Assembly (NCBI GenBank): GCA_030390025.1
Contig: CM059432.1
Coordinates: 56,732,001-56,796,000, forward strand
Source: Squalus acanthias
Taxonomy: Eukaryota
Reading direction: 5' to 3'
DNA: 64,000 nucleotides
Shown: piece by piece, positions 1 through 12,458 of the stretch
How the letters are laid out: every line of letters starts with the position of its first letter
How positions within the stretch are numbered: position 1 is the stretch's first letter
Notes under the pieces: model-generated
What the model saw: only the letters and a program-made list of their open reading frames with translations
Told to the model about the DNA's origin: nothing
Databases searched by the model: none
Made by a program: the position numbers and the translations under genes

Positions 1-515
1 CTCAATAGGGGGTTTGGATTGAATGGTCATGGGACTTCCTCAATTTAAAAAAATATATTGAGAAGCCCATATATCGGAATTTTCTCCAATGTCCTGTTGT
101 GATGTGCGATGTGGACTTGTTTTTTTGTATGCGTGTGTTGCCCAGTTCAGTTTTGTAACTTTGAAAGCTGTTTTCAGTTTATTTACACACTTCTGGTGGA
201 GGTCCCTTTGTTACTGTGCAGTCATGAGGGAGAGCACCCACACATTCCATATTCGAATTGTCGACATCCACTGGGAAATGTGAAAAGTGACATAATCAAT
301 AAGTAGCAAACTGATGCTGTCAGTTAGGATCGACAGAGCGTAGAATATTCAGCTCCCTGTGATGGTCTTACGAACCACATTTTGTCCATTTTTTTTTTTA
401 AATGACTGCAGTTTGTAATAATTTTTATTTTCAGTACAAGAAAATACACCTTTTTGACAGCATTAAAGAACAATATAGGTTCAGAATTATGGTTGACAGT
501 AAAAGCAGAGGAACA

Positions 516-1096
516 TTTATTGAGTTTGTATGACATTTTCTGTCTTTAACAGAGATGTTAACCTGTTTATTCCAAATTGGTTAATTTCTGTCTACGGGGT
601 ATGATAGCATAGTGTTTAGGGTACTGGACTAGTAATCCGGAGGCCTGGACTCATGATCTGGAGACATGAGTTCAAATCCCACCATGGCCGCTGGGGAATT
701 TAAATTCAGTTAATTAAATAAATCTGGAATAGAATCAGTAATGGTGACCATGAAACTACCAGATTGTCGTAAAAACCCATCTGGTTCACTAATGTCCTTT
801 AGGGAAGGAAATCTGCCGTCCTTACCCGGTCTAGCCTATATGTGACCCCAGACCCACAGCAATGTGGTTGACTCTTAACTGCCCTCTGAAATGGTCGAGC
901 AAGCCACTCAGTTGTATAAGGCGGATCACCACCACCTTCTCAAGTTCAATTAGGGATGGGCAATAAATGCTGGCCTTGCCTGCGACGCCCACATCCCATG
1001 AATGAATAAAAAAAATGTTTATTGAGTTTGTATGACATTTCTCTGTCTTTAACAGAGATGTTAACCTGTTTATTTCAAATTAATTAATTTCTGTCT
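516..1096. repeat. ~78-bp direct repeat pair (516-593 and 1018-1096) flanking the SINE, probable long target-site duplication
   Basis: tttattgagtttgtatgacattt...ttaatttctgtct occurs immediately before and after the SINE with few differences. Confidence 0.85.
594..1015 (+). mobile_element. tRNA-derived SINE with a LINE-derived 3' tail
   Basis: tRNA-like head with B-box GTTCAAATCC. The tail tagggatgggcaataaatgctggcc...cccacatccc...poly(A) is shared with the minus-strand LINE ends at ~12045 and ~51035. Flanked by long direct repeats. Confidence 0.85.
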
Positions 1097-2235
1097 TAAA
1101 GTTGCTGTTTGTCATCTGCTATCACAAACAGTTATTTATAGCCTTGATGATCTAAGGTGTAAAATCAGAAAATGTTTGAAATGCGCAGAGATTTGGTCAG
1201 CAACTAAAAGTGAAAATGACATTAATATTTTGATCGGAACACCATTTTGATGTTGGCTTCCAATAATATTGACTCACCCTTGTCCCTCCTGAGGCTATTT
1301 AAAATAAAAGATTATTTAAAATAGTTGCATCATTGTACGTTAAACCCAGGAAATCTCCCAACTGCGTCTGACCTGTCATGAGATCTGGGATAGGGACAAA
1401 TGCAATAGTTGAGTCCATTTTGTCTTGTCAATGTAGAATGTACTGCTAGTTGGAGTTGTTGTAGGTGTGTGTTGTAGAAGGTTTCAGTTCACAAATTAAC
1501 ATCATGTTCCTGCAGTTAGATTCTCAATCTAAGGAATTGTATTGAAGTTGGATACAACTACTCTACTTTCCTATTTTAAATATCTGTAACCTTTCTAAAG
1601 GAAATTATTTTTGGCATAAAAGGCAGATTACAGTAGGCTGCAAAATGCCACAAAAATTGTCACTAAATTTTCTCAAGGGCACATGTCCTATCACCCCATA
1701 AAAATAAATCTCATGCCTTTAGCATTCACAGTCTCCTTCTGTAATCTCGAAATCCACTACTGTTCTTTTGTGTACTTAGTTTTTTTTCCCCTTGCAATAA
1801 CAGTGATGAAATGTTTGGCATATCTGCTTTCTAAGTTTATGACAAGCTCGTGACACACTTTATTTATGACTAACTTCTTATCTTCACATGCCATAGGCTT
1901 GTATTCAGGGCAGTCTTGAACTGTCAGCTTTTTGGGAGCTGTGACAGTTTTTTTTTAAAGGTGTTGATCAGTTTTTCCTTGTTTTCTGAATTAGCATTTA
2001 CATTGATCGATCTATGATCGTGATTTCAGGAGTATAATGTATTCTGTGTTAAAATTGCAACCTTTACCACCCACCTTGGCATTGGTGAGTGGTGTAGCCT
2101 AATAGTTGAGAAACTCGTATGCAGGGCTCCTGGACTCAAGGCACCTCATTGCTATAGATCTGCAGACAATCAAGTCTTCTAAATATTTATGTTACTGCTT
2201 TATTCTAAGTGAGTTTGATTTATTTTGTGTTGCAG

Positions 2236-2395
2236 GATGGCTATACAAGTCAACAAGTTCAACTTTGAAACTCTTCCAGCATCTAGCAAAATATGTGAAA
2301 TGTTATGTGCAGAAAACCTAAAGCAGGTCGAAGAAGAAAGGAGCCACGCTCAGGCTGTTGAGATCAACAACAGATTAAACATCTACTGGAAGATC
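2236..2395 (+). CDS. TRAPPC9: TRAPPC9 (NIBP) internal coding exon, 160 bp
   Basis: Acceptor ttgtgttgcag|G. Translation (R)MAIQVNKFNFETLP...KQVEEERSHAQAVEINNRLNIYWKI matches recalled vertebrate TRAPPC9 RMAIQVDKFNFESFPE...[25 protein letters not shown]. It splices in frame to the exon at 28184. Confidence 0.92.
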
Positions 2396-2404
2396 ATATC
2401 CTTT
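2396..2404 (+). promoter_or_regulatory. U12-type 5' splice site (ATATCCTTT)
   Basis: Exact minor-intron donor consensus, located where TRAPPC9 similarity ends (phase 0). Confidence 0.92.
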
Positions 2405-2739
2405 CTCAGTGCCCAAAATGAATAGTAATGCATCAACACAAATGCATTTGTTTCTCTAAGTAATGCAACTACACAGGCTGTGTATTGTTTATATAGAGCT
2501 GTGTTAGAAATTTTAAATAATTGAGAGTGAACTAAATTTGAGCTGTGGTTGGTCAAATATGCCCTCTTATTAGTTCTTGCAGTAACCAATCAGATCTAAG
2601 ATGCAGGAGCTGTTCCCTGCCATCTTGATCTCTGGCATGGCATTCTTCTCCACTCCCAGCAGTCTTTTTTATATTCTAAGATTCTCCTGGAAAACAGGAA
2701 AAACTCCAAATTCCTCTTCTCCAACACAAGCTGTTTCAC

Positions 2740-3705
2740 TTACCTCCATCCATGCGTTTCTGGTATCATCCTTGCAAATCTTCTCTGCACCCTCTCCAGT
2801 GCCTCTATATCCTTTTTATAATATGGTGACCAGAATTGTACGCAGTACTCCAAGTGTGGTCTAACCAAGGTTCGATACAAGTTTAGCATAATTTCATTAC
2901 TTTTCAATTCTATCCCTCTAGAAATTAACCCCAGTGCTTTGTTTGCTTTTTATGGCCTTATTAACCTGTGTCGCTACTTTTAGTGATCCATGTATCTGTA
3001 CCCACAGATTGCTCTGTTCCTCTACCCCATTTAGACACTTTTCCAAGGAGTATGTAGCCTCCTTATTCTTCCTACCAAAATGTACCACTGCACAGTTACC
3101 TATATTGAAGTTAATTTGCCAATTTGCCCATTCTGCAAGTTTATTAATGTCTTCCTGTATTTTGTCACAGTCCTCCACTGTATAACTGCACCCACCAATT
3201 TGGTGTCATCTGCAAATTTTGAAATTCTACTTCTGATTCTTGAGTTCAAATTGTTTATGTAAATGGTGAACAACAGTGGTTCCAGCACCAATCCTTGTGG
3301 GACACCGCTTCCCACCATTTGCCAATCTGAGTAACTTCCGTTAACCCCTACTCTCTGTTTTCTGTTTCGTAGCCAGCTTGCTATCCATTCTGCTACTTAT
3401 CCCCTGACTCCACATGTTCTGACCTTTGTCATGGGTCTACTATGTACCTTATCAAAGGCTTTTTGGAAATCCAGATATATTACATCTACTGCATTACCTT
3501 TATCTACCATTACTGTTATTTCTTCAAAGAATTCAATAAGGTTGGCCAAGCCTGATCTTCCCTTTTGGAATCTTTGCTGACTGCTCTTGATTGTATTTTC
3601 AGTTTCTAGATTTTTTTCTATGACATCTTCCATTATCTTTCCTACCACTGACGTTAAGTTAATTGGTCTATAGTTTCCTGGATTTGTTCTATCTCCCATT
3701 TTAAA
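2740..3705 (-). mobile_element. CR1 LINE RT fragment with internal deletions
   Basis: Minus-strand ORFs with [25 protein letters not shown] and FADDTKL. Confidence 0.9.
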
Positions 3706-4617
3706 TTACATAGGCTATGCAGCACTAAAACAAGCCATTCGGTCCAACCAGGCCATGCTGACGTTTCTGCTCCACTCGAACCTACTCCCGTTTTTCCTCA
3801 TCTAACTCAATCAGCATAACCCTCTATTCCCTTCTCCCTCATATGCTTGTCTAGCCTCCCCTTACATACATCAATACTATTCGCTTCAACCACTCTCTGT
3901 GGCAGCGAGTTCCACATTCCCACCACACTCTGGGTAAAGAAGTTTCTTCTGAATTCCCTATTTAATTTCTTGGTGACTATCTTATATTGATGGCCTCTAG
4001 TTTTGCCCTTCCCCACAAGTGGAAACACTCTTTCTATATCTAGTCTATCAAAACCTTTCATAAATTTAAAGACCTCTATTAGGTCACCCCTCAGTCTTCT
4101 CTTTTCAAGAGAAAAGAGACCCAGCCTGTTCATCCTTTCCTGATATGTATACCCTTGCATTTCTGGTATCATCCGTGTAAATATTCTCTGCACCCTCTCC
4201 AATGCCTCTATATCCTTTTTATAATATGGTGACCAGAATTGTACGCAGTACTCCCAAGTGTGGTCTAACCAAGGTTCAATACAAGTTTAGCATAATTTCA
4301 TTACTTTTCAATTCTATTCCTCTAGAAATAAACCCTAGTGCTTGGTTTGCTTTTTTTATGGCCTTGTTAACCTGTGTCGCTACTTTTAGTGATTTGTGTA
4401 TTTGTACTCCTAGATCCCTTTGCTCCTATACCCCATCCAGACTTGCACCCGCCAAGTAATATGTGACCTCCCTATTCTTCCTACCAAAATGTAATACCTC
4501 ATATTTATCTGTGTTGAACTTCATTTGCCAATTTTATGCCCATTCTGCAAGTTTATTCATGTCTTCCTGTAATTTGTTGCAGTCCTCCTCAGTATTTACT
4601 ATACCCCCCCCAATTTG
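3706..4617 (-). mobile_element. 5'-truncated CR1 LINE including 3' end
   Basis: ORF 3807-4202 (ERVQRIFTRMIP...RRNFFTQSVVGMWNSLP). Same subfamily as the copy at 2740-3705. Confidence 0.9.
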
Positions 4618-7145
4618 GAGAGAATATTAATCAAGAAATAGTAGGAGCTTGCAACAAAGGTAATGCAATAACCGTGGGGGACTTTAATCTTCATATAGAC
4701 TGGACAAATCAAATTGGCTAAGGTAGTCTGGAGGACGAGTTCATGGAATGCATTCGGGACAGTTTCCTAGAACAATACGTCATGGAACCAAACAGGGAAC
4801 AGGCTATTTTAGATCTTGTATTGTGTAATGAGACAGGGTTCATTAGCAATTTCATAGTAAAGGATCCTCTGGAGCAGTGTGATCCTAATATGATAGAATT
4901 TCACTTAAGTTTGAGAGTGACTTGCCTAAGTCCGAAACTAGAGTCTTAAACTTAAATAAAGCCAATTACATAGGTATGAGGGGCGAGTTGGCTAAGGTAG
5001 ATTGGAAAAATAGATTAAAAGGTATGGCGGTAGTTAAGCAGTGGCTAGCATTTAAAGAAATATTTCATAATTCTCAACAAAAATACATTCCATTGATAAA
5101 CAAAAACTCCACGGGAACAGTGATCCAACCGTGGCTAACTAAAGAAGTTAAAGATAGCATCAGATTGAAAGAAGTTTATAATGTTGTGAAGAATAATAGT
5201 AAGTCTGAGGATTAGGAGAGTTTCAGAAACCAACAAAGGATGACCAAAAAATTTATTAAAGGAAAAAATAGAATATGAGAGAAAACTAGCGAGAAATATA
5301 AAAGCAGATTGTAAGAGCTTCTACAAGTATGTAAAAAGGAAAAGAGTAGCAAAAGTAAACGTTGGTCTCTTGGAGGCTGAGACAGGAGAAGTTATTATGG
5401 GGAATAAGGAAATGTCAGAAACATTAAACACATATTTTGTATCTGTCTTCACAGTAGAAGACACAAAAAGCATACCAAAAATGGTGGGGAACCAAGGGTC
5501 TAATGTGGGTGAGGAACTTAACGTAATTAATATAAGTAGAGAAAAAGTACTAGAGAAACTAATGGGACTAAAAGCCGACAAATCCCCTGGACCTGACGGC
5601 CTACATCCTAGGGTTCTAAATAAGGTGGCTGAAGAGATAGTGGATGCATTGGTTTTGATCTTTCAAAATTCCCTAGATTTTAGAACGGTCCCAGCGGATT
5701 GGAAGGTCGCAAATGTAACACCGCTATTCAAGAAAGGAGGGAGAGAAAAAACAGAACTACAGGCCAGTTAGCCTGACATCAGTCGTCGGGAAAATGCTGG
5801 AACCCGTTGTTAAGGAAGTGGTATCAGGGCACTTAGAAAATCATAACATTATTAGGCAGAGTCAACATGGTTTTATGAAAGGGAAATAGTGTTTGACAAA
5901 TTTATTAGAGTTTTTTGAGGATGTAACGAGCAGGGTAGATAAAGGGGAACCAGTGAATGTAGTATATTTGGATTTCCAAAAGGCATTCGATAAGGTGCCA
6001 CATTAAAGGTTATTACACAAGATTAGGGCTCATGGGGTTGGCGATAATATAGTAGCGTGGATAAGAGGATTGGTTAACGGACAGAAAACAGAGAGTCGGG
6101 ATGAACGGATCTTTTTCAGGTTGTCGGACTGTAACTAGTGGGTGCCGCAAGGATCAGTGTTGGGGCCTCAGCTATTTATAATCTATATTAATGACCTAGA
6201 TGAAGGGACCGAGTGTAATGTATCCAAGTTTGCTGAAGATACAAAGCTAGGGGGGAACAGTAACCTGTGAGGAGAACACAAAGAGTCTGCAAAGGGATAT
6301 AGATAGACTCAGTGAATGGGCAGTAAGGTGGCAGATGGAGTATAATGTAGGGAAATTGAGGTTATTCACGTTGGTAGGAATAATAGAAAAACAGAATATT
6401 TTTTAAATGGTGCGAAACTTTCAAATGTTGGTGTTCAGAGAGATTTGGATGTCCTCGTGCAAGAAACACAGAAAGCTAGCATGCAGGTACAGCAAGCAAT
6501 AAGGAAGGCAAATGGCATGTTGGCCTTTATTGCAAGGGGGTTGGAGTATAAGAGTAAGGAAGTCTTGCTACAATTGTACAGGGCCTTGGTGAGACCACAC
6601 CTGGAGTACTGTGCAGAGTTTTGGTCTCCTTATCTAAGGAAGGATATACTTGCCTTGGAGGCGGTGCAACAAAGGTTCACTAGATTGATACCTGGGATGA
6701 GAGGGCTGTTCTATGATGAGAGATTGTGTAGAATGGGCCTATACTCTCTGGAGTTTAGAAGAATGAGAGGTGATCTCATTGAAACATACAAGATTCTGAA
6801 GGGGATTGACAGGGTAGATGCTGAGAGGTTGTTTCCCCTGGCTGGAGTGTCTAGAACTAAGGGGCATAGTCTCAGAATAAGGGATAGGCCATTTAAGACT
6901 GAGATGAGGAGGTCTTCACTCAGAGGGTTGTGAATCTTTAGAATTCTCTGCCCCAGAGGGCTGTGAATGCTGAGTCTTTGAGGCTGAGATAGATAGATTT
7001 TTGGACTCTAGGGGAATTAAGGGATATGGAGATCGGGCGGGAAAGTGGAGTTGAGGTCGATGATCAGCCATGATCTTATTGAATGGCGGAGCAGGCTCGA
7101 GGGGCCGTTTGGCCTACTCCTGTTCCTATTTCTTATGTTCTTATG
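4618..7145 (+). mobile_element. CR1 LINE, degraded ORF2 (EN C-terminus + RT) and 3' UTR
   Basis: GDFN, ILDLVL, KSPGPDG, LVRPHLEYC motifs across frameshifted ORFs. Ends in ttcttatgttcttatg octamer repeats. Confidence 0.95.
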
Positions 7146-7370
7146 AAATGAAAGAACATGTTGGGGATAAATGCTACAGCATTTTCACAGGTATTACAAA
7201 AATCTATTAACACTGACATTTCAATGGGTTAGCTATCCTATTTATTGTAATGGCAACCATGGTTCTATTTGTAGCTTTTGATCAAAGTGATTATGATTAA
7301 CTGTAAAAAAAAAAACTACTTACCATCACAAATGGCATCTGTGAAAGAAAGTACAGTAGTTATGCCCCGT

Positions 7371-9636
7371 TAGTGAATGCATTTGTTGTCATTTTCCAAA
7401 ATTCCATAGATTCTAGAACGGTTCCCGCGGATTGGAAGGTAGCAAATGTAACCCAACTATTTAAGAAAGGATGGAGATAAAAATGGGAAACTTACAGACC
7501 AGTTATCCTGACATCAGTAGTAGGGAAAATGCTGGAATCTATTATTAAGGACGTGGTAACAGGGCACTTAGAAAATAATAATAGGATTGGGCCGAGTCAA
7601 CACTGATTTATGAAAGGGAAATCATATTTGACAAATCTGTTGGAGTTTTTTTGGGTTTTAACTAGCAGAATAGATGAGGGGGAACCAGTGGATGTGGTGT
7701 ATTTGGATTTTCAGAAGGCATTCGATAAGGTGCCACGCAAAAGATTATTAAACAAAATTAGGGCTCATGGGATTGGGGGTAATATATTAGCATGGATTGA
7801 GGATTGGTTAACGGACAGAAAACAGAGTAGGAATAAACGGGTCATTTTCGGGTTGGCAGGCTGTAACTAGTCGGGTACCGCAAGGATTCTCCGCTATTCA
7901 CAATCTACATCAATGATTTGGATGAGGGGACCAAATGTAATATATCCAAGTTTGCTGATGATACAAAGCTGGGTGGGAATGTAAGTTGTGAGGAGGATGC
8001 CAGGAGGCTTCAAGGGGATATAGACAGGCTAAGTGAGTGTGCAAAAGCATGGCAAATGGAATATAATGTGGAGAAACGTGAAGTTATCCACTTTGGTAGG
8101 AAAAATAGAAAAGCAGAGTATTTTTTAAATGGTGAGAGATTGGGAAATGTTGGTGTTCAGAGGGACCTGGGTGTCCTTGTACACGAACCACTGAAAGTTA
8201 ACATGCAGGTACAGCCAGCAATTAGGAAAGCAAATGGTATGTTGGCCTTTATTACAAGAAGATTTGAGTATAAGAGTAAAGACGTCTTACTGCAATTATA
8301 TAGGGCACTGGTGAGACCACAGCTGGAGTATTGTGTATAGTTTTGGTCTCCTTACCAAAGGAAGGATATACTTGCCATAGAGGGAGTGCAACAAAGGTGT
8401 TCACCAGACTGGTTCCTGGGATGGGGGGATTGTCCTATGAGGAGCGATTGAGTTGACTCGGCCTATATTCTCTAGAGTTTAGAAGAATGAGAGGTGATCT
8501 CATTGAAACATATAGGCCCAAAAATTCGGCCGTTCTCGGGTGAGTACTCAGTGCGTACTCACCCGTATTCATTCCCGAAGTGCCGGTTTCCTGCATGCAC
8601 GGGAAACCGGCACTTCCGGTATGGCGAAGGAGGCGGTTCCTAGGTGAACCGCGTGCGCACTAGAGGCTGCGCGCACGCAGCACACTTAGGTTTTTTTTCA
8701 GGTTTCAACGCGAGGGTAAGTATGGAAGATTCTACGCAAGTAAAAAGGAGGCGTAAGACCCCTTTTGAACAAGGTAAGTAGTTAATTAAGTATAATTTTA
8801 AAATTTTTTCAACAGGTTTATCTTTTTTAGAGACTTTAAAGAAAGGTAAGTTTATTTTTATAACTTTTAAAAAGTAGTTTAATTTTTTCAAATATTAAAA
8901 TTTTTGTTTAAAGTGGTTAATTTATTTAACTATAGTTATTTTATTAACGTGATTTTTTTTAAAAATTTATTTGAGGTTTAGCTGTTCTTTTGGGGCCGAT
9001 TTAGATTCACAGATTTGACAGGTCTCCTGTCAAATCTATGAATGAAAGATGGTCTGCTGCCATTGGCTCTCCATGGCCCACGTGATCCCAGGGGTCGCAT
9101 CGCACTAACTGCGCCCCTGGAACACGCAAGCACTGCGCGCCGGCTCTTGGGAGAGGCCCAGGACCCGAAGTTCTTGTGGGCCCAAAACACAACGGCCGGC
9201 ACGGTGGGTGATATCGCGCGCGATCCTTACCCCCGCGGCAAGCCTCCGAATCGAATTTCTAGGCCATAAAATTCTTACAGGGCTTGACAGGGTAGATGCA
9301 GGGAGGATGCTTCCCCTGGCTGGGGAGTCTAGAACCAGGGGTCACAGTCTCAGAATATGGGGTTGGCCATTTAGGACTGAGATGAGGAGACATTTCTTCA
9401 CTCAGAGGGTGATGAATCTTTGGAATTCTCTACCCCAGAGGGCTGTGGAGGCTCAGTCGTTGAGTATATTCATGACAGAGATCGATAGATTTTTGAATAT
9501 TAAGGGAATCAAGCAATATGGGGATAGTTCAGGAAAGTGGAGTTGAGGTAGAAGATCAGCCATGATCTTATTGAATGGTGGAGCAGGCTCGAAGGGCCAA
9601 ATGGCCTACTCCTGCTCCTATTTCTTATATTCTTAC
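7371..9636 (+). mobile_element. 5'-truncated CR1 LINE interrupted by a MITE at 8515-9265
   Basis: RT motifs in ORFs at 7610 and 7918. The CR1 sequence gaaacat-ata-aaattctt resumes exactly after the insertion. Confidence 0.92.
8515..9265. mobile_element. Non-autonomous DNA transposon (PIF/Harbinger-like MITE), 751 bp
   Basis: TIRs ggcccaaaaattcg / cgaatttctaggcc. The 3-bp TSD ATA is defined by the interrupted CR1. Contains internal hairpins. Confidence 0.85.
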
Positions 9637-10569
9637 ATGGTCCAGACTGATTTAACTTGTGTAACTGGAACTGCTTTTTTCCTACCCTGTATTAGCAAAA
9701 TTGTTGCTTAACTACAAGAAATGTCACCATAGTTAAATCCATTTTGTTTTGGGCAAGTTATTAAACTTAAAATAATATTCCTGAAGGTCTCATTAATCTT
9801 GTATGCCTTCCTTCATAATTTGGCACATCCTGTAAAATAAAATTTAATTTAACTTTAATAATTTATATTAACTGTCAGTTCAAAAGGGAAAGGTCACAAA
9901 TACAATTTTTTGTGAGCCTTTTGCGAAGTAATCCTATGAGATTTTACTGAACATCACTAATGGCAGCTCAAGAATTATAAAGTGGTTACATTTTTCTTCT
10001 ATTTGATAACACCTGTTGTGCAGTATTTTAGCAGTACAATTATTTTTTTGCTGCCCAGTAATTTCAAACAGTTCAACTCTGCTGGTTATTTTCACATTAG
10101 AGATGTGCAAAATAATTTTGAAAAATGCCCTGAGAGTTGTAGGTAAAAATAGGAAAGGAATTGGAGTCTCATTGCATCTAATTGTCCAATAGGCAGACCT
10201 GACATCATTCGTTTCCAACATTGGTGCAGGTATACTTATAGTCAAGATATATGTCACAATCAGCAGGGCAGTGGTTGGGCAGTCTGTATCACATCAATGT
10301 AAAGGCAGTAATTATAATACCTGGTGTAGATTTTGTTAGTAGCTGACACCTTTTTTTTGTTTTCTGGCAACATTTGTGCTGTTAAAAATTCATGCGATAT
10401 TCAGCACATAGAAACTCCATGTTGATTATTGTTTTTGTTAGGTGCTAAAGTATATTTATTTTGTTCTATTAACTGTTTTTATATTTATACAGTTGCTAAT
10501 TTGCATAGTTTAATGAGCTGTGAGAATTGCAACTACTGTACTTTCGTATGCAATAACCCTCAGAACTAA

Positions 10570-11190
10570 CGGGGCGCAAAGCCCCCAGCGCCCGGGCGCT
10601 GCGCCGCTAACGCCTCCCATGAAATTCAGCAGGAGGTTAGCGGCGGCGGCAGCCTGTAGCGCCCAGCGGCGCTGCGCCTCTGCCGATTATGTCATCGCCG
10701 TGCGCAGCGCCCCGGCCGCAAACTTTGGTTGCGCCCCCTGATCTATCGCCGGATGATATGTCCGACAGGGTCATGGTGGCGTTTTTGCAGCCGCGGCGGC
10801 GCAAGTTAAAGGGCAGTTGTCGGGTGGCCATTTTTTTTGGCCTTCTGCCAGGACTTGCCCCCTTCCCCTTTTTTATTCGGGGTGCCGGCCACGATCGCTC
10901 AGCCCGGCACTCCTCTTGAGTGCAGGGCTGCTTTCCCAGTTCCCCAGTGGTCCAGCAGGGCCCTGATTTGCACAGTGCTAGGCCCCTCCCCTTTAATCAG
11001 GAGAGGGAGGCCTGCAATACCGTGGTGCTGTTGCACGTAGCGCCACTATATTCACTTGTAGCGCCCCAGGAAGGAGGAGCGCTTCCATTAGTGCCCCGCC
11101 TCCTGCTTGGGGCGCTACCACTGAGTTTACGTCGCAGGGGCCCTGGCGAAGTTAGCACTCCAAAGGGGACACCACCGAATTTGAACCCCT
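10570..11190. mobile_element. GC/CpG-rich non-autonomous element, probably Harbinger-like, left end unclear
   Basis: Sharp GC-rich island in AT-rich flanks. Right end gaatttgaacccc resembles the other MITE termini. Has an internal inverted repeat, but no clear TSD. Confidence 0.55.
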
Positions 11191-12042
11191 AGTTGTATAA
11201 ACAGAGTAAGCATCTGCATCCATTGATTGGTTTCTTGCCTTGTGATCCACGCCATTGATCCAATATCCTATATGTGACATATACAGGATAAATAATATTC
11301 TGGTAATCAGCAGTTTAGTTGTCAGGAACCTGGAAATAATGTTGACAATATTTTTTGGGGAACATTATCACATATCAAGGATATGTAGGATGCCACACAA
11401 AAACTCCCCAGAATATCTGTACCTGTACAATAGGTACTGACATAAAATCTATTCCTTTAATTCCTTATAAAGATTAAATCTTAGAATTATTTCCTGAGAG
11501 CCATGTGACAACTATCTATTCCCTGGATGTCACCATCAGCTATTGTAGTTTTTTGTAAACTATATTGGAATATCATGTTCAGCTATCATTAGTACTTCTT
11601 CACACTATTCCTTCTCAACAGCAGTTCTTTTGTGTGTCTGATTATGTGTGTGTATTTATTTTTATATATATATATTTTGTATTAAAAAAAAATATACATA
11701 TATATATCTCCACCTGTGTGTTACCAATTTCTGTTGCTTGCTTTTGAATCATAGTAATAAATGACAGATACTGTGAATTTGGTGATGTGAGCGGGGACCA
11801 TAATTCAGTTTTGGAGTTATGTTCTCCCCTAATGCCTTAGAACTTCATCAGCATGACAGTTGTGCAGCTGTCACACATCATACATTATCTAAATTTAACT
11901 TCAGATTAATTTTCACCTTCGTTTAGAATTCCATTAATTGTATGAATTCCATGAATTGACTGAAATATACAATTCTACACTTTTGTTTTGCTTTCCACAG
12001 CTGTTGCAGGTTCCAAAACTGTAGCGGGAGTGGTGTGGCAGG

Positions 12043-12402
12043 TTTTTTTTATTCGTTCTGGGATGTGGGCGTCGTTGTCGAGGCCAACAATTATTGCGCA
12101 TCCCTAATTGCTCTTGAGAAGGTGGTGGTAAGCCACCTTCTTGAAACTGCTGCAGTCCATGTGGTGAAGGTACTTCCACAGTGCTGTTAGGGAGGAAGTT
12201 CCAGGATATTTGACCCAGCGACGATGAAGGAATGGCGACATATTTCCAAGTCAGGATGGTGTGTGACTTGGAGGGGAACTTGGAGGTGATGGTGTTCCCA
12301 TGCGCCTGCTGACCTTGTCCTCCTAGGTGGCAGAGGTCACGGGTTTGGGAGGTGCTATCAAAGAAGCCTTGGCAAGTTGTTGCATTGCATCTTTTAAATG
12401 GT
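12043..12402 (-). mobile_element. 3' end of a non-CR1 LINE (RTE-X-like, classification uncertain)
   Basis: Closely similar to 51030-51390; 3' tail shared with the SINE at 594. Confidence 0.75.
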
Positions 12403-12458
12403 GCTGAAGTATTTTATGCTGACTTCAAGGCTTCTGCACAAACCAGTTGCTTCCAGAC

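Noticed and set aside
594..690. Functional tRNA gene
   Set aside because: No clean cloverleaf; continues into a SINE body and LINE-derived tail.
2225..2425. Stand-alone 66-aa ORF
   Set aside because: It is the TRAPPC9 exon plus read-through into the flanking introns.
3706..7145. Head-to-head CR1 pair as a twin-priming inversion
   Set aside because: Both halves have their own 3' ends, cover overlapping parts of ORF2 and belong to different subfamilies.
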